64,000 nt of DNA from Clostridiales bacterium (lineage in GTDB: Bacteria; Bacillota; Desulfotomaculia; Desulfotomaculales; VENG01), in NCBI GenBank assembly GCA_016278505.1, contig JADQBQ010000002.1, forward strand, positions 1,123-65,122. The letters are read 5' to 3'. Positions 1 through 9,170 of this stretch are shown piece by piece; within the stretch, counting starts at the first letter, position 1; every line of letters starts with the position of its first letter. The notes under the pieces are model-generated. The model was not told the DNA's origin. It made no database searches and saw only the letters and a program-made list of their open reading frames with translations. The position numbers and the translations under genes are program-made.

Positions 1-273
1 TTAGCAGCCCTTTTTATTGTTTCATTTATATTGAAAGACTTTTTGCTAGACCCTAACCATGGCTTGCCTATATGGTTTCAATCAGTTATATATATTGGTG
101 CAATGCTAATGATCTTTCATTCAATTAATATAGTGAAATACTGGATGGAAGGTAGAGGCTTTTTTCAATGGCTTCGTGAGGATCATGGGACATACATAAA
201 GTGGATGATAATTTTTACATTGATTTACGCGGTAGGGTTGATTCTTAATCAGTTTCTTTTTTCCTTGGTGTAA
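1..273 (+). CDS. Hypothetical small membrane protein, 5' end beyond the window
   Basis: Frame is open from base 1 (LAALFIVSFILKDF...) to TAA 271-273; AT-rich with several hydrophobic stretches; no recognised motif. Confidence 0.55.
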   Translation, partial: LAALFIVSFILKDFLLDPNHGLPIWFQSVIYIGAMLMIFHSINIVKYWMEGRGFFQWLREDHGTYIKWMIIFTLIYAVGLILNQFLFSLV

Positions 274-280
274 AATATCT

Positions 281-376
281 TTCAGAATCATAGTTGCTGC
301 ACATCTTACCTAAATAGCGCATTACTTAGGTTCGCTTCCCATTCGGTTATTGCAGTATATGCATGTTATCTGAAGT
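281..376. repeat. Long imperfect palindrome, attC-like (degenerate)
   Basis: TTCAGAATCAT (281-291) pairs imperfectly with ATGTTATCTGAA (363-374); inner TGCTGCA/TGCAGTA and ACCTAA...TTAGGT stems; begins 7 bp after a stop codon. Confidence 0.35.
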
Positions 377-465
377 AACCCAAAAGACAACCCGGTCTTT
401 CTTCTGATTAGGGAGATCGATGAACACGGGAGATAGTTTATTTCAAACCTCATTCCTTAACTCTT

Positions 466-494
466 GCAGGAATATTTATGTCCTCGAGGAATAA
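466..494 (+). promoter_or_regulatory. Sigma-H-like promoter for comM
   Basis: GCAGGAAT...GAATAA; AGGA (468-471), 17 bp, GAAT (489-492). Confidence 0.55.
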
Positions 495-531
495 TTAACC
501 TTAAGAACGGGAATCAAAAACGGAGGAAAAC

Positions 532-2076
532 ATGCTTGCAATCGTAAAAAGCGTAGCCCTGCACGGCTTAGAAGGGCATATAATACAGGTTGAGGTAGAT
601 GTATCTAACGGGCTTCCTGCCTGCGATATTGTTGGATTACCCGATACTGCCGTCCGCGAAGCGCGGGACAGAGTTAGAACGGCAATTCGAAACTCCGGTT
701 ACGATTTTCCCCTCAGCAGGATAACTGTTAACTTAGCACCGGCAGACATAAAAAAAGAGGGTCCGGTTTATGACCTTGCCATTGCTGTGGGCATACTGGC
801 GGCCACCGGACAGGTTGATCCAACTGTCTGTCGGCAGTATGCGTTTATTGGAGAATTGTCGCTGGAAGGATCAGTCCGTTCAATTAACGGAACACTTCCC
901 CTGGTATCAGCATTAAAGGGACATAATATTGACCACATAATTGTACCCTGGAAAAACGCTCCGGAAGCAGCTTTGATACAGGACGTGGAAATATACGGAG
1001 CCGGAACTCTAGCTCAGTTGGTTTTTCATTTGCAAGGGCATGAGCAAATGCTACCGCACAAGCAGGATATTGAAGGTCTCTTCCGGCAAGAGAAAGAAGG
1101 GACCCCGGATATGGCTGACGTGCGGGGGCAAACAGCCGCTAAGAGGGCACTGGAAATAGCGGCGGCAGGAGGCCATAATGTTTTAATGCTGGGTAGTCCC
1201 GGCTCGGGAAAAACCATGCTGGCCAGAAGACTGGCGGGCATTTTACCGGATCTCAGTTTGGAAGAAGCCCTGGAGGTTACAAAGATACATAGCCTTGCAG
1301 GACTGGTCCCGGCCGGAGAACCGCTGGTTGCCCGAAGACCTTTTCGCGGGCCGCATCATACAGTATCTACGGCAGGCCTTGTCGGGGGCGGAAGATTCCC
1401 CCGCCCGGGGGAAATATCTCTGGCCCATAATGGCGTCCTTTTTATGGACGAACTACCTGAGTTCCGCAGGGACGCATTGGAGGCGTTGCGCCAACCCCTT
1501 GAGGATTCTTTGGTTACGATTTCCCGGGTTAATTCATCAGTAAGTTATCCGGCGCGGATAATGCTGGTTGCTGCCATGAATCCCTGTCCCTGCGGTTTTT
1601 TAACCGATGAGGAGCGTGAATGCAGCTGCACCCCGCCCCAGGTGCAAAGGTACCTCGGCCGAATATCCGGGCCGTTCCTTGATCGATTGGATATACATAT
1701 AGAAGTACCCCGGCCTCTTTTTTCGGAATTGGAGTCACCACCGGACGGCGACACTTCACAGGATATTAGAAAAAAGGTTCAAAACGCCAGGGAATTTATG
1801 CAACAGCGCTTGGAGAAATTGGGCTTAAACATCCCTTTGAATTGCAATGCACACATGACTTCCAAGATGTTACAGCAGGTTTGTCGCCCTACTGCGGAGG
1901 GGAAAAACCTCCTGCAGGATGCTTTCAGCAGGTTAAAGCTGACCGCGAGGTCGCACGGCAAAGTTCTGAAGGTAGCAAGGACCATAGCGGACCTTGCGGG
2001 TAGTGAAGAAATTGATGCCGTACATGTAGCTGAAGCTATTCAGTACCGTAATCTGGAAAGAAAATTGTGGTTATAA
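532..2076 (+). CDS. comM: YifB/ComM Mg-chelatase-like AAA+ ATPase
   Basis: GLPDTAVRE, ITVNLAPADIKKEG, GSPGSGKT Walker A, LAHNGVLFMDE, AMNPCPCG; GGAGG SD. Confidence 0.93.
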   Translation: MLAIVKSVALHGLEGHIIQVEVDVSNGLPACDIVGLPDTAVREARDRVRTAIRNSGYDFPLSRITVNLAPADIKKEGPVYDLAIAVGILAATGQVDPTVCRQYAFIGELSLEGSVRSINGTLPLVSALKGHNIDHIIVPWKNAPEAALIQDVEIYGAGTLAQLVFHLQGHEQMLPHKQDIEGLFRQEKEGTPDMADVRGQTAAKRALEIAAAGGHNVLMLGSPGSGKTMLARRLAGILPDLSLEEALEVTKIHSLAGLVPAGEPLVARRPFRGPHHTVSTAGLVGGGRFPRPGEISLAHNGVLFMDELPEFRRDALEALRQPLEDSLVTISRVNSSVSYPARIMLVAAMNPCPCGFLTDEERECSCTPPQVQRYLGRISGPFLDRLDIHIEVPRPLFSELESPPDGDTSQDIRKKVQNAREFMQQRLEKLGLNIPLNCNAHMTSKMLQQVCRPTAEGKNLLQDAFSRLKLTARSHGKVLKVARTIADLAGSEEIDAVHVAEAIQYRNLERKLWL

Positions 2077-2100
2077 TCAAGGCAAAAGAGGAGGCTACTT

Positions 2101-2514
2101 ATGGATATCATTGATAAAAAGGAATCCCTAAGCCAAGCAAAAAAACGTCTTGGAAAGGATGCCCTGATGAAGCAATTGGGTATCGAGCTTGAGGAAATAA
2201 AGCCTGGTTACGCGCGAACCAGTATGGAGGTAAAACCTGAATTACTTAACGGAGTTGCGTTAACACACGGAGGCGCCATTTTTACCTTAGCTGACATAGC
2301 CTTTGCTGCAGCCAGCAATGCTCACGGCCCAGTAGCAGTGGCACTAAATGTAAACATCAGTTTTTTAAAGGCCACGACTGCGGGCACCACCCTTACCGCA
2401 ACGGCTCAAGAGGATAACTTAACAAACAAAACCGGCCTTTATCGCTTAGAAGTGAAAGATGAAAGCGGGGAACTGGTTGCCCTGGCGGAAGGGTTGGTTT
2501 ATAGAAAGAAGTAA
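2101..2514 (+). CDS. PaaI-family hotdog thioesterase
   Basis: NGVALTHGGAIFTLAD motif, 137 aa; GGAGG SD. Confidence 0.88.
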   Translation: MDIIDKKESLSQAKKRLGKDALMKQLGIELEEIKPGYARTSMEVKPELLNGVALTHGGAIFTLADIAFAAASNAHGPVAVALNVNISFLKATTAGTTLTATAQEDNLTNKTGLYRLEVKDESGELVALAEGLVYRKK

Positions 2515-2543
2515 ACTATAAGGACACCTATACTGGTTTAAAT

Positions 2544-2981
2544 TTAAACTTCCATAGATGCCTTACCGCTTAGAACGATAATTTTGCCAAAAACATTTCC
2601 TTCAAGCACTTGCTCGCCATTTTGATTGGTACATATCATTTCAAGTCCAAGCTTTTCACCTTGTTTTAATGTCACTTTCACCCTAGCTGTGATGGTTTCT
2701 CCTATATAAACCGGTGCCAAAAACCGAAAGGACATTTTTGAGGCTACGTACGGCTCCGGGAGGAGTGTGCCGCCGGCATGCGTCAACATACCACCAGTTA
2801 AAAGGCCCGGTACGATTCTTTTTTTAAACCCGCACTTTTGTGCCGCAATTTCATCTATATGAAACTTGTTAAAATCCCCTGTAGTACCAGTAAAATTGGC
2901 CACATCACCGTCATTGAAAGTTCTGGAAAACTCAATTATGTCTCCTTCTTGCATTTCATCCCAGGAATTAAAAAAACGCAT
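2544..2981 (-). CDS. MaoC-family (R)-specific enoyl-CoA hydratase/dehydratase
   Basis: FTGTTGDFNKFHIDE hydratase motif, FLAPVYIGETIT. Confidence 0.85.
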   Translation of the reverse strand: MRFFNSWDEMQEGDIIEFSRTFNDGDVANFTGTTGDFNKFHIDEIAAQKCGFKKRIVPGLLTGGMLTHAGGTLLPEPYVASKMSFRFLAPVYIGETITARVKVTLKQGEKLGLEMICTNQNGEQVLEGNVFGKIIVLSGKASMEV

Positions 2982-3124
2982 AAAATTAACCCCTTTCTTA
3001 ACTAAGGTACATACTCGGCAATGCGCCTCAAATCCACTCTTTTCAAAGTCGTCTTAGACAACCAACTGATTCCCTGTAAATAGCATCAGGTACTCTTGGA
3101 AATATTCAAACTATTCCTTTAATT

Positions 3125-3151
3125 ATTCACTCTTAGATCTCAAATTCCTGC
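3125..3151 (-). promoter_or_regulatory. Sigma-H-like promoter upstream of MaoC
   Basis: Minus strand GCAGGAATTTGAGATCTAAGAGTGAAT; AGGA-17-GAAT. Confidence 0.5.
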
Positions 3152-3167
3152 TTTTCAGGACTTCTAA

Positions 3168-3746
3168 CTACCTTTTATCCTCTGTATTGATACCAAATAA
3201 AAACAAGTCAAAGACTTTTCTAAATGCTTCATCCAGGGAAATGGAATGATCACATATGAAAGAAGGATTTATCACAGCTCGAACCGCTGCCAGAATAGCC
3301 GTTATTGTTATATGCGAGTCCACATTTCTGAAATAGCCTAAATTAACTCCCTCTGTTAAAATACTTTCTAACTGCCCTATGCGTGCAGTACGAAAGTCAT
3401 CAATATATGACCATATGTCCGGGTAATGTTTTTGTAATTCACCAAATGCCAGTGAATCCATAAACCGTATATTCTCATAAACCAATAGCGCTATCTGCCG
3501 CAGTTTTTCCGGTGGTGTCTGGTCACTTTTAATGACTTCCCGGATTAATTTTTCTATGCGCTCGGTCAAACGATGAAACATTGCCTCTATTACTTTTTCT
3601 TTACTGCTGAAATAGCGGTATAATGTGCGCTTACTTATACCTGCTTCTGCTGCCAATTCGTCCGTTGTAGTTCCGGCCAGCCCTTTGCGCTCGGCCAATA
3701 TTTCCATACTGTTCAATATTGTTTCCCTAATATTGCGCTTGTCCAT
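3168..3746 (-). CDS. TetR/AcrR family transcriptional regulator
   Basis: N-terminal HTH TTDELAAEAGISKRTLYRYFSSKE. Confidence 0.92.
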   Translation of the reverse strand: MDKRNIRETILNSMEILAERKGLAGTTTDELAAEAGISKRTLYRYFSSKEKVIEAMFHRLTERIEKLIREVIKSDQTPPEKLRQIALLVYENIRFMDSLAFGELQKHYPDIWSYIDDFRTARIGQLESILTEGVNLGYFRNVDSHITITAILAAVRAVINPSFICDHSISLDEAFRKVFDLFLFGINTEDKR

Positions 3747-4882
3747 TATTCCACCCTCTTGCGGAACTTTAATGAGGCGACGGTAACAACAGCAATGCCA
3801 AAGCCTGCCAGCGGAATCACGTCACGCCAAAGCTGAGTCAAACCCACCCCTTTAAGCATGATACCACGTAGAATTTCGAGGAAATACGTTAGCGGTATAA
3901 CATAACCAAGGTAGCTAATAACATTAGGCATAGATTCCCGTGGAAACACAAAACCCGATAAGAGAACAGACGGGAGAATGAAAAGCATAACCATTTGCAT
4001 AGCCTGGAGTTGTGTTTTGGCGACAGCCGAAAACAACATTCCCAGCCCCAGGGCAAAGATCAAAAACAATAGGGACAATATTAAAAGCAGCGGCAGACTG
4101 CCCTGAATGGACACTTTGAACCACCATACGCCAAGTCCCAGTACCAGACCCACATCCATAAAGGCAATTATGATGTAGGGAATTAGTTTACCTACCATTA
4201 GCTCAAATCCCTGTACAGGAGTAACCATTAGCTGTTCCAGAGTTCCACGCTCCCTTTCCCTAACCAGGGCAAACGCGGTAAGCATTACGGTAATGTTCTG
4301 AAGAATCAGCCCAATTAACCCGGGCACATTAAACTTTAGGCTTTCCAATCCGGGGTTGTAGTAGGCCCGGGTTCGCATATCTATGGGTGGCTCTTTGTCT
4401 AACTGTATGCCGCCCTGACGATTAAGAAATTCTATTTGCTTCTGTCTACCTAGATTTTGAGCGGTAATTTGGGCCACATTTAGCGCCGTCCTGGCTACCA
4501 GGGGGTCTGAGCCGTCCACTAAAAATTGGACCCGTGCCGGTTCCCCGCGCTTTAGATTCCGAGCATATCCGGATGGTATGACCAGTCCGGATTTAGCACT
4601 GCCTTCATCAAGATGATCTTCGAGCCGGTCAATATTATTGACATAGATTACAGGCTGGAAGTAGCCTGTATTTTCGAAAGCATCCACCAGTTCGTGCCCC
4701 TGCCGGTGACGGTCATTATCCAACACGGCCAGGGATATGTTTTCCACATCCGTAGTCACAGCATATCCAAACAAGAGAAGCATTAATACCGGCATGGCCA
4801 CGGATATTATTAAGCTGGGCCGGTCTCTTATTATATGCAATATCTCCTTACGGGCAATAGCAGCGAGGAGACTAAAGCGCAT
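3746..4882 (-). CDS. ABC-2 type exporter permease (YbhR/YbhS-like)
   Basis: KEILHIIRD N-terminus, RERERGTLEQLMVTP, multiple TM helices. Confidence 0.9.
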   Translation of the reverse strand: MRFSLLAAIARKEILHIIRDRPSLIISVAMPVLMLLLFGYAVTTDVENISLAVLDNDRHRQGHELVDAFENTGYFQPVIYVNNIDRLEDHLDEGSAKSGLVIPSGYARNLKRGEPARVQFLVDGSDPLVARTALNVAQITAQNLGRQKQIEFLNRQGGIQLDKEPPIDMRTRAYYNPGLESLKFNVPGLIGLILQNITVMLTAFALVRERERGTLEQLMVTPVQGFELMVGKLIPYIIIAFMDVGLVLGLGVWWFKVSIQGSLPLLLILSLLFLIFALGLGMLFSAVAKTQLQAMQMVMLFILPSVLLSGFVFPRESMPNVISYLGYVIPLTYFLEILRGIMLKGVGLTQLWRDVIPLAGFGIAVVTVASLKFRKRVE

Positions 4883-5618
4883 CCTGTTCAGCTCCTTCCC
4901 GGGCCAATTTTACAAACACATCTTCTAAGCTGGAGGTACCGGCAAATTGCTCTATTAAATCTGAGGGCTTACCGAATGCGCTAAGTTGCCCCTTAAACAT
5001 TAGAGCGGTTGTGTCACACCGCTCAGCCTCATCCATATAGTGAGTTGTTACCAAAACGGTGATCCCCTTCCGGCTCAAGTCACTTAGGATTTGCCAAAAA
5101 AGCCGTCTGGAAACAGGGTCTACCCCGGCAGTGGGCTCGTCCAGAATAAGCAGACGCGGTTCATGTAGAAATGCGCAGGCCAAGGCAACCCGCTGTTTCC
5201 AGCCACCGGAGAGAGTACCTACAATTTGGTTTTCCCTTATATCAAGCTGCATTTCCTGCTTTAATTCGGACAGCCGCTCTTTGGCATAACTGCGGGACAG
5301 ACCGTATATTTGACCGAAAAACAGCATATTTTCCTTAATGGTCAAATCTTCATACAGACTAAATTTTTGATTCATGTAACCTATGTTTTGCTTAATCTTT
5401 TCAGCACCGGTGACAATGTCATAGCCTAATACAGTTGCGCCACCACCCGAAGGCCTCATTAGGCCACACAGCATTCGTATAGTAGTGGATTTGCCGGAAC
5501 CGTTCGGACCAAGCAGACCAAATATAGACCCTTCGGGTATTTGCAAGGAGACATTGTCCACGGCTTGCAAAGAGCCAAAATTTTTGCTCAGATTTTCGAC
5601 TTCTATTACGTAAGGCAC
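4872..5618 (-). CDS. ABC exporter ATP-binding protein
   Basis: GPNGSGKS, LSGGWKQR, LILDEPT; GTG start at 5618 preferred from the SD position. Confidence 0.92.
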   Translation of the reverse strand: MPYVIEVENLSKNFGSLQAVDNVSLQIPEGSIFGLLGPNGSGKSTTIRMLCGLMRPSGGGATVLGYDIVTGAEKIKQNIGYMNQKFSLYEDLTIKENMLFFGQIYGLSRSYAKERLSELKQEMQLDIRENQIVGTLSGGWKQRVALACAFLHEPRLLILDEPTAGVDPVSRRLFWQILSDLSRKGITVLVTTHYMDEAERCDTTALMFKGQLSAFGKPSDLIEQFAGTSSLEDVFVKLAREGAEQDAL

Positions 5619-5662
5619 TAATACCACCTTATTCCTTATCATTTAATTAGCAGTTAGACATA

Positions 5663-6658
5663 TTACAGATAAACATCTGCCGGCATACCCGGTAAAAGAT
5701 AAGATTGTCCGTTAACCACTTCTAACTTAACTTTAAAAACCAATCGTACCCGGTCTTCTTCAGTCTGCACATTTTTAGGAGTAAATTCAGCCTCCGGTGA
5801 GATATAGGTGACCTTGGCCTTAAATCGCTTTTTAGGATAGCTGTCCACGGCAATTTGGACTTCCTGTCCAGCTTTAACTTTATCCAACCGGTTTTCAGGG
5901 ATGTAGGTATAAAGGTATAAATCATCAGTATTCCCCAGGGTGGCAATTTCAGATCCGGGCTTTACTACTTCACCTATTTTATAGTTACACGTAAGCACGG
6001 TCCCTTTCATGGGTGTACGCAGCACAGTTTCAGAAAGATTTTGCTCGTGCAATTTTACTGCTGCATTGGCTGCATCTACATGGGCCCGAAGTTGTTCTAT
6101 GGTTTCCGGTTTTACCCCGGACTTTAACAAATCCAGTTTACTGCGGGCAGCTTCCAAACTTGATTCCACAGCATTTAGGCGGTACTTTGCCTTATCAGTC
6201 AAGTTAGCCTGAGTTTTCAATTTATGTTCGGTCAAGGCACCTTGCTCAGCTAACTGCGTGTATTTCTGCAGTGTGTCCTGCTGAAGGTTTAAGTCTGAGC
6301 GGGCCGATTTAAGTTCAGCAGCTATACGCTCCACTTCCTGCCTTGCTGCCGCAATTTCTTGCACCCTGCTTCCGCTTTCTGCTTCGGCCAGCTTTGCCCG
6401 GGTAGCTCTTAATTCTGCTTTGGCTTGCTCCACTTTTAATTCCAATTCCGGAGAGGAAAGCAAGGCCACCTTATCTCCTCCTGCAACAACCGATCCTTCG
6501 TCTACAAAAAGCTCTTTTATCGTTCCGCCTACTTCTGCCACTATTCTAATTTCCTCCGCCTCGACTGTCCCGGTGGTCTTTAAAATTTTTCCATCGTCGC
6601 CGCATCCTGCGGTAAAGGCAATCAAAATAAGAAGAATTAGCATACTGAATTTGTGCAT
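5663..6658 (-). CDS. HlyD/membrane-fusion efflux adaptor (YbhG-like lipoprotein)
   Basis: Lipobox TAGC, lipoyl-like halves, long coiled coil, ISPEAEFTPKNVQT, PGMPADV. Confidence 0.9.
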   Translation of the reverse strand: MHKFSMLILLILIAFTAGCGDDGKILKTTGTVEAEEIRIVAEVGGTIKELFVDEGSVVAGGDKVALLSSPELELKVEQAKAELRATRAKLAEAESGSRVQEIAAARQEVERIAAELKSARSDLNLQQDTLQKYTQLAEQGALTEHKLKTQANLTDKAKYRLNAVESSLEAARSKLDLLKSGVKPETIEQLRAHVDAANAAVKLHEQNLSETVLRTPMKGTVLTCNYKIGEVVKPGSEIATLGNTDDLYLYTYIPENRLDKVKAGQEVQIAVDSYPKKRFKAKVTYISPEAEFTPKNVQTEEDRVRLVFKVKLEVVNGQSYLLPGMPADVYL

Positions 6659-6677
6659 AGCACGCCCTCCTCTGTAT

Positions 6678-6741
6678 GTAAACTAAAACCAGTTAATCAG
6701 TTTACTTTACCCATTTTAAATCAAGCTGGCAGTATATGCAA
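6678..6741 (-). promoter_or_regulatory. Sigma-A promoter with downstream palindromic operator (probable TetR site)
   Basis: TTGCAT (6741-6736), 17 bp, TAAAAT (6718-6713); GTAAACT-N14-AGTTTAC at 6678-6705. Confidence 0.6.
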
Positions 6742-6752
6742 CAGATATCAAG

Positions 6753-6790
6753 AAAAACGCGCTAAATCAGTTCCCTTAGCGCGCTTTTTT
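6753..6790 (-). terminator. Rho-independent terminator after adenine deaminase
   Basis: CGCGCTAA...TTAGCGCG stem with A/T tracts on both sides. Confidence 0.7.
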
Positions 6791-6853
6791 CATACTTTTC
6801 TAAAGTGTAAAAAACTCTATTCCGGCCAGCACCGAATAGAGTTTTTTAAACCA

Positions 6854-8647
6854 TTAGCTTTGGACCAGGTCAACAAACGAGAAACTCAATGTATTTACCA
6901 GCCCCCGGTTAGTAAGTCTTAGCTCTGGCAACACCGGTAGCGAAAGGAGAGACATGGTCATAAACGGAGAAACTAACCGGCACCCCAACTCCTGCCACGC
7001 ATCATGAACGCCTTTTACCCTGTCTGCAACTTCCTCTACCGACTTGTCGGACATAAGACCGGCTATGGGCAGGGGTAGGAGCGCCAGCACTTTACCATCC
7101 CGCACGACCACCATTCCGCCCCCGCTTTCTGCCAGGGCGTTTCCGGCTAAGGCCATGTCAGCATCATTCATACCCACAATGAGCAGGTTATGACTATCAT
7201 GGGCAATGGTTGACGCGACGGCCCCTCCGTTTAAACCGAATCCCTGCACCAGTCCCAAGCCTATACTTCCGTTCCCTCCATGTCTTTCTACAACCGCCGC
7301 TTTGGCAATGTCATGGGTTGAGTCAGCTTCAACTCCGCCATCTTTTACTGGTAATTCCTCTGTCTTGTGCCTGTTGAGCACACTTGCTTCTAAAATCTCC
7401 ATGACACGAGCTCGGGCTGTTCCTGTACCCGTAGTAGGAGCTACAATTCGGAAGTGATCAGCCTTTAAGGGTTCTTTTAAATGAACGGAACTACTAACGT
7501 TGGTGGGGTATGTAACTTCAGGCAAGTCAGCTAACATTTTACCGGCATCTGCTGTAATTTGCCCGTCGGTCATGACCTTTTCTACTTCAACACCGGCCAG
7601 GTCACTTAAGAAAAGAATATCAGCAAAACGGCCCGGGGCAATTGCTCCCAGGTCCTGGGCCACGCCAAAGCATTCCGCTGTATTGATGGTTACCGCTTGA
7701 ATGGCGCGAATGGGATCAAGCCCCTCGTTAACGGCTCTTTGCACTACATGGTTCAGATGGCCTGAACTTAACAGAGTGTCAGGGTGACAGTCATCGCTTA
7801 CTAAGATGGCACGGCGGCTATCAACACTGGTTTCAGTCAAACTTTTTACAGTAGCTTTCACATCATGCCACGCAGAACCCTCTCGCATTTTGGCATAAAA
7901 CCCCAAGCGAAGGCGATTTAACGCGTCCTGAGTTAGCACGGATTCATGACAGGAAATAATTCCGGCAGCACCATAGGCCGCTAAGCCCTGAAAATCGCCA
8001 GGCATAGAATAATGACCGGTGATGGGTTTCCCTGCCTGCATAGTAGCCTTTAGCTCTCCGTATACACTTTCATCTCCGGCCAGTACACCAGGAAAATTCA
8101 TCATTTCGCCCAAGCCGCAAATCCCAGGCCAGGTCATAGCTTCAGCAATTTCTTCCGGCCCAAAAACAGCGCCCGCATCTTCGAACCCGGGAGCCGCAGG
8201 AACACACGAAGGCATGGTGGCAAAAACTTTGAGGGGAAGGTCAAGTCCTTCCTCTACCATCAATTTAACCCCGTCCATCCCCAACACATTTGCTATTTCA
8301 TGAGGGTCCATAAATATGGTGGTAGTTCCGCACGGAAGAACTGCACGCGCAAATTGAGTGACCGTTACCATGCTGCTCTCCACATGCACATGGCCATCCA
8401 TAAAGCCCGGGCAAAGATAATAGCCTTCCGCGTCAATAACCTCAGTATCAGGACCAATAGTATGACTGACGTCACCCACCGTGGCTATCCGGTCCCCCTT
8501 AATTGCCACGTCCCAGTTTAATATCTCCCCGGTAAAAACGTTGACCACTTTACCGTTTTGAATAACCTTATCTGCCGGTGTTTTGCCGGTGGCCGTTGCC
8601 ACCAAGTCCCGGGTCACTTCCATCAATGGATTCCTGCCTAAAACCAT
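6854..8647 (-). CDS. ade: Adenine deaminase
   Basis: PGFMDGHVHVESS, DPHEIANVLG, GLGEMMNFPGV, SCHE, STIAHDSHN; AGGAGG SD before ATG 8647. Confidence 0.95.
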   Translation of the reverse strand: MVLGRNPLMEVTRDLVATATGKTPADKVIQNGKVVNVFTGEILNWDVAIKGDRIATVGDVSHTIGPDTEVIDAEGYYLCPGFMDGHVHVESSMVTVTQFARAVLPCGTTTIFMDPHEIANVLGMDGVKLMVEEGLDLPLKVFATMPSCVPAAPGFEDAGAVFGPEEIAEAMTWPGICGLGEMMNFPGVLAGDESVYGELKATMQAGKPITGHYSMPGDFQGLAAYGAAGIISCHESVLTQDALNRLRLGFYAKMREGSAWHDVKATVKSLTETSVDSRRAILVSDDCHPDTLLSSGHLNHVVQRAVNEGLDPIRAIQAVTINTAECFGVAQDLGAIAPGRFADILFLSDLAGVEVEKVMTDGQITADAGKMLADLPEVTYPTNVSSSVHLKEPLKADHFRIVAPTTGTGTARARVMEILEASVLNRHKTEELPVKDGGVEADSTHDIAKAAVVERHGGNGSIGLGLVQGFGLNGGAVASTIAHDSHNLLIVGMNDADMALAGNALAESGGGMVVVRDGKVLALLPLPIAGLMSDKSVEEVADRVKGVHDAWQELGCRLVSPFMTMSLLSLPVLPELRLTNRGLVNTLSFSFVDLVQS

Positions 8648-8698
8648 GTGATAGCTCCTCCTTGTCAATACTAAAGTTAATTGTTAGTCCGTGTTATT

Positions 8699-8758
8699 AA
8701 AGGAAATGTAACTCCTAACTTAGAATTATATAGGATAAATGACTTACCTGTCGAATCT
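8699..8758 (+). promoter_or_regulatory. Two tandem sigma-H-like promoters for the cupin gene
   Basis: AGGA (8701)-18-GAAT (8723) and AGGA (8732)-17-GAAT (8753). Confidence 0.45.
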
Positions 8759-8798
8759 AGTCTGAACACTCATGATAAGAGAAAGGGGTTATGTAATC

Positions 8799-9146
8799 TT
8801 GTTTGTAAGTAATGTTGCCAACATTGATAAAGTTGAAGTTAACGCTCCGGGAGCGCTAAATGCCCTTAAGCAAACCCTGATAGGGCCGGCACAGGGGTGG
8901 GAAGGTTGGGTAATGCGTATGTTTACCCTTTCCGAGGGGGGAAACACACCGCGGCACTCACACGCATGGCCGCATATTAATTACATTGTGAGTGGCAAGG
9001 GCATATTATACCTGGAAGGTGAAGAGCATGTGGTGGAGCCAGGTTCCGTAGCCTATGTTCCCGGCGGCGCTGAGCACCAATTCAAAAGTAAGGGAAAAGA
9101 AGACTTTTCCTTTATATGCATAGTCCCGGAAGAAGGAGATATCTAG
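8799..9146 (+). CDS. Cupin domain protein
   Basis: TPRHSHAWPHINYIVSGKG...VPGGAEHQF metal-binding cupin motifs; TTG start likely (upstream ATG at 8772 is possible). Confidence 0.88.
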   Translation: MFVSNVANIDKVEVNAPGALNALKQTLIGPAQGWEGWVMRMFTLSEGGNTPRHSHAWPHINYIVSGKGILYLEGEEHVVEPGSVAYVPGGAEHQFKSKGKEDFSFICIVPEEGDI

Positions 9147-9170
9147 TCTGAATTGTGATAAAATTTAATT

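Noticed and set aside
420-494. 24-aa ORF MNTGDSLFQTSFLNSCRNIYVLEE with AGGGAG SD
   Set aside because: Too short and featureless, and it overlaps the comM promoter. Noted only as a possible gene stub beside the attC-like palindrome.
532-2076. Mobile element integrated in comM (a known hotspot in other phyla)
   Set aside because: The reading frame is intact and full length, and no integrase is in the window.
8648-8770. Purine riboswitch upstream of ade
   Set aside because: No purine-aptamer core (TATAA...TTTCTACC...CCGTAAA) is visible on the minus strand.
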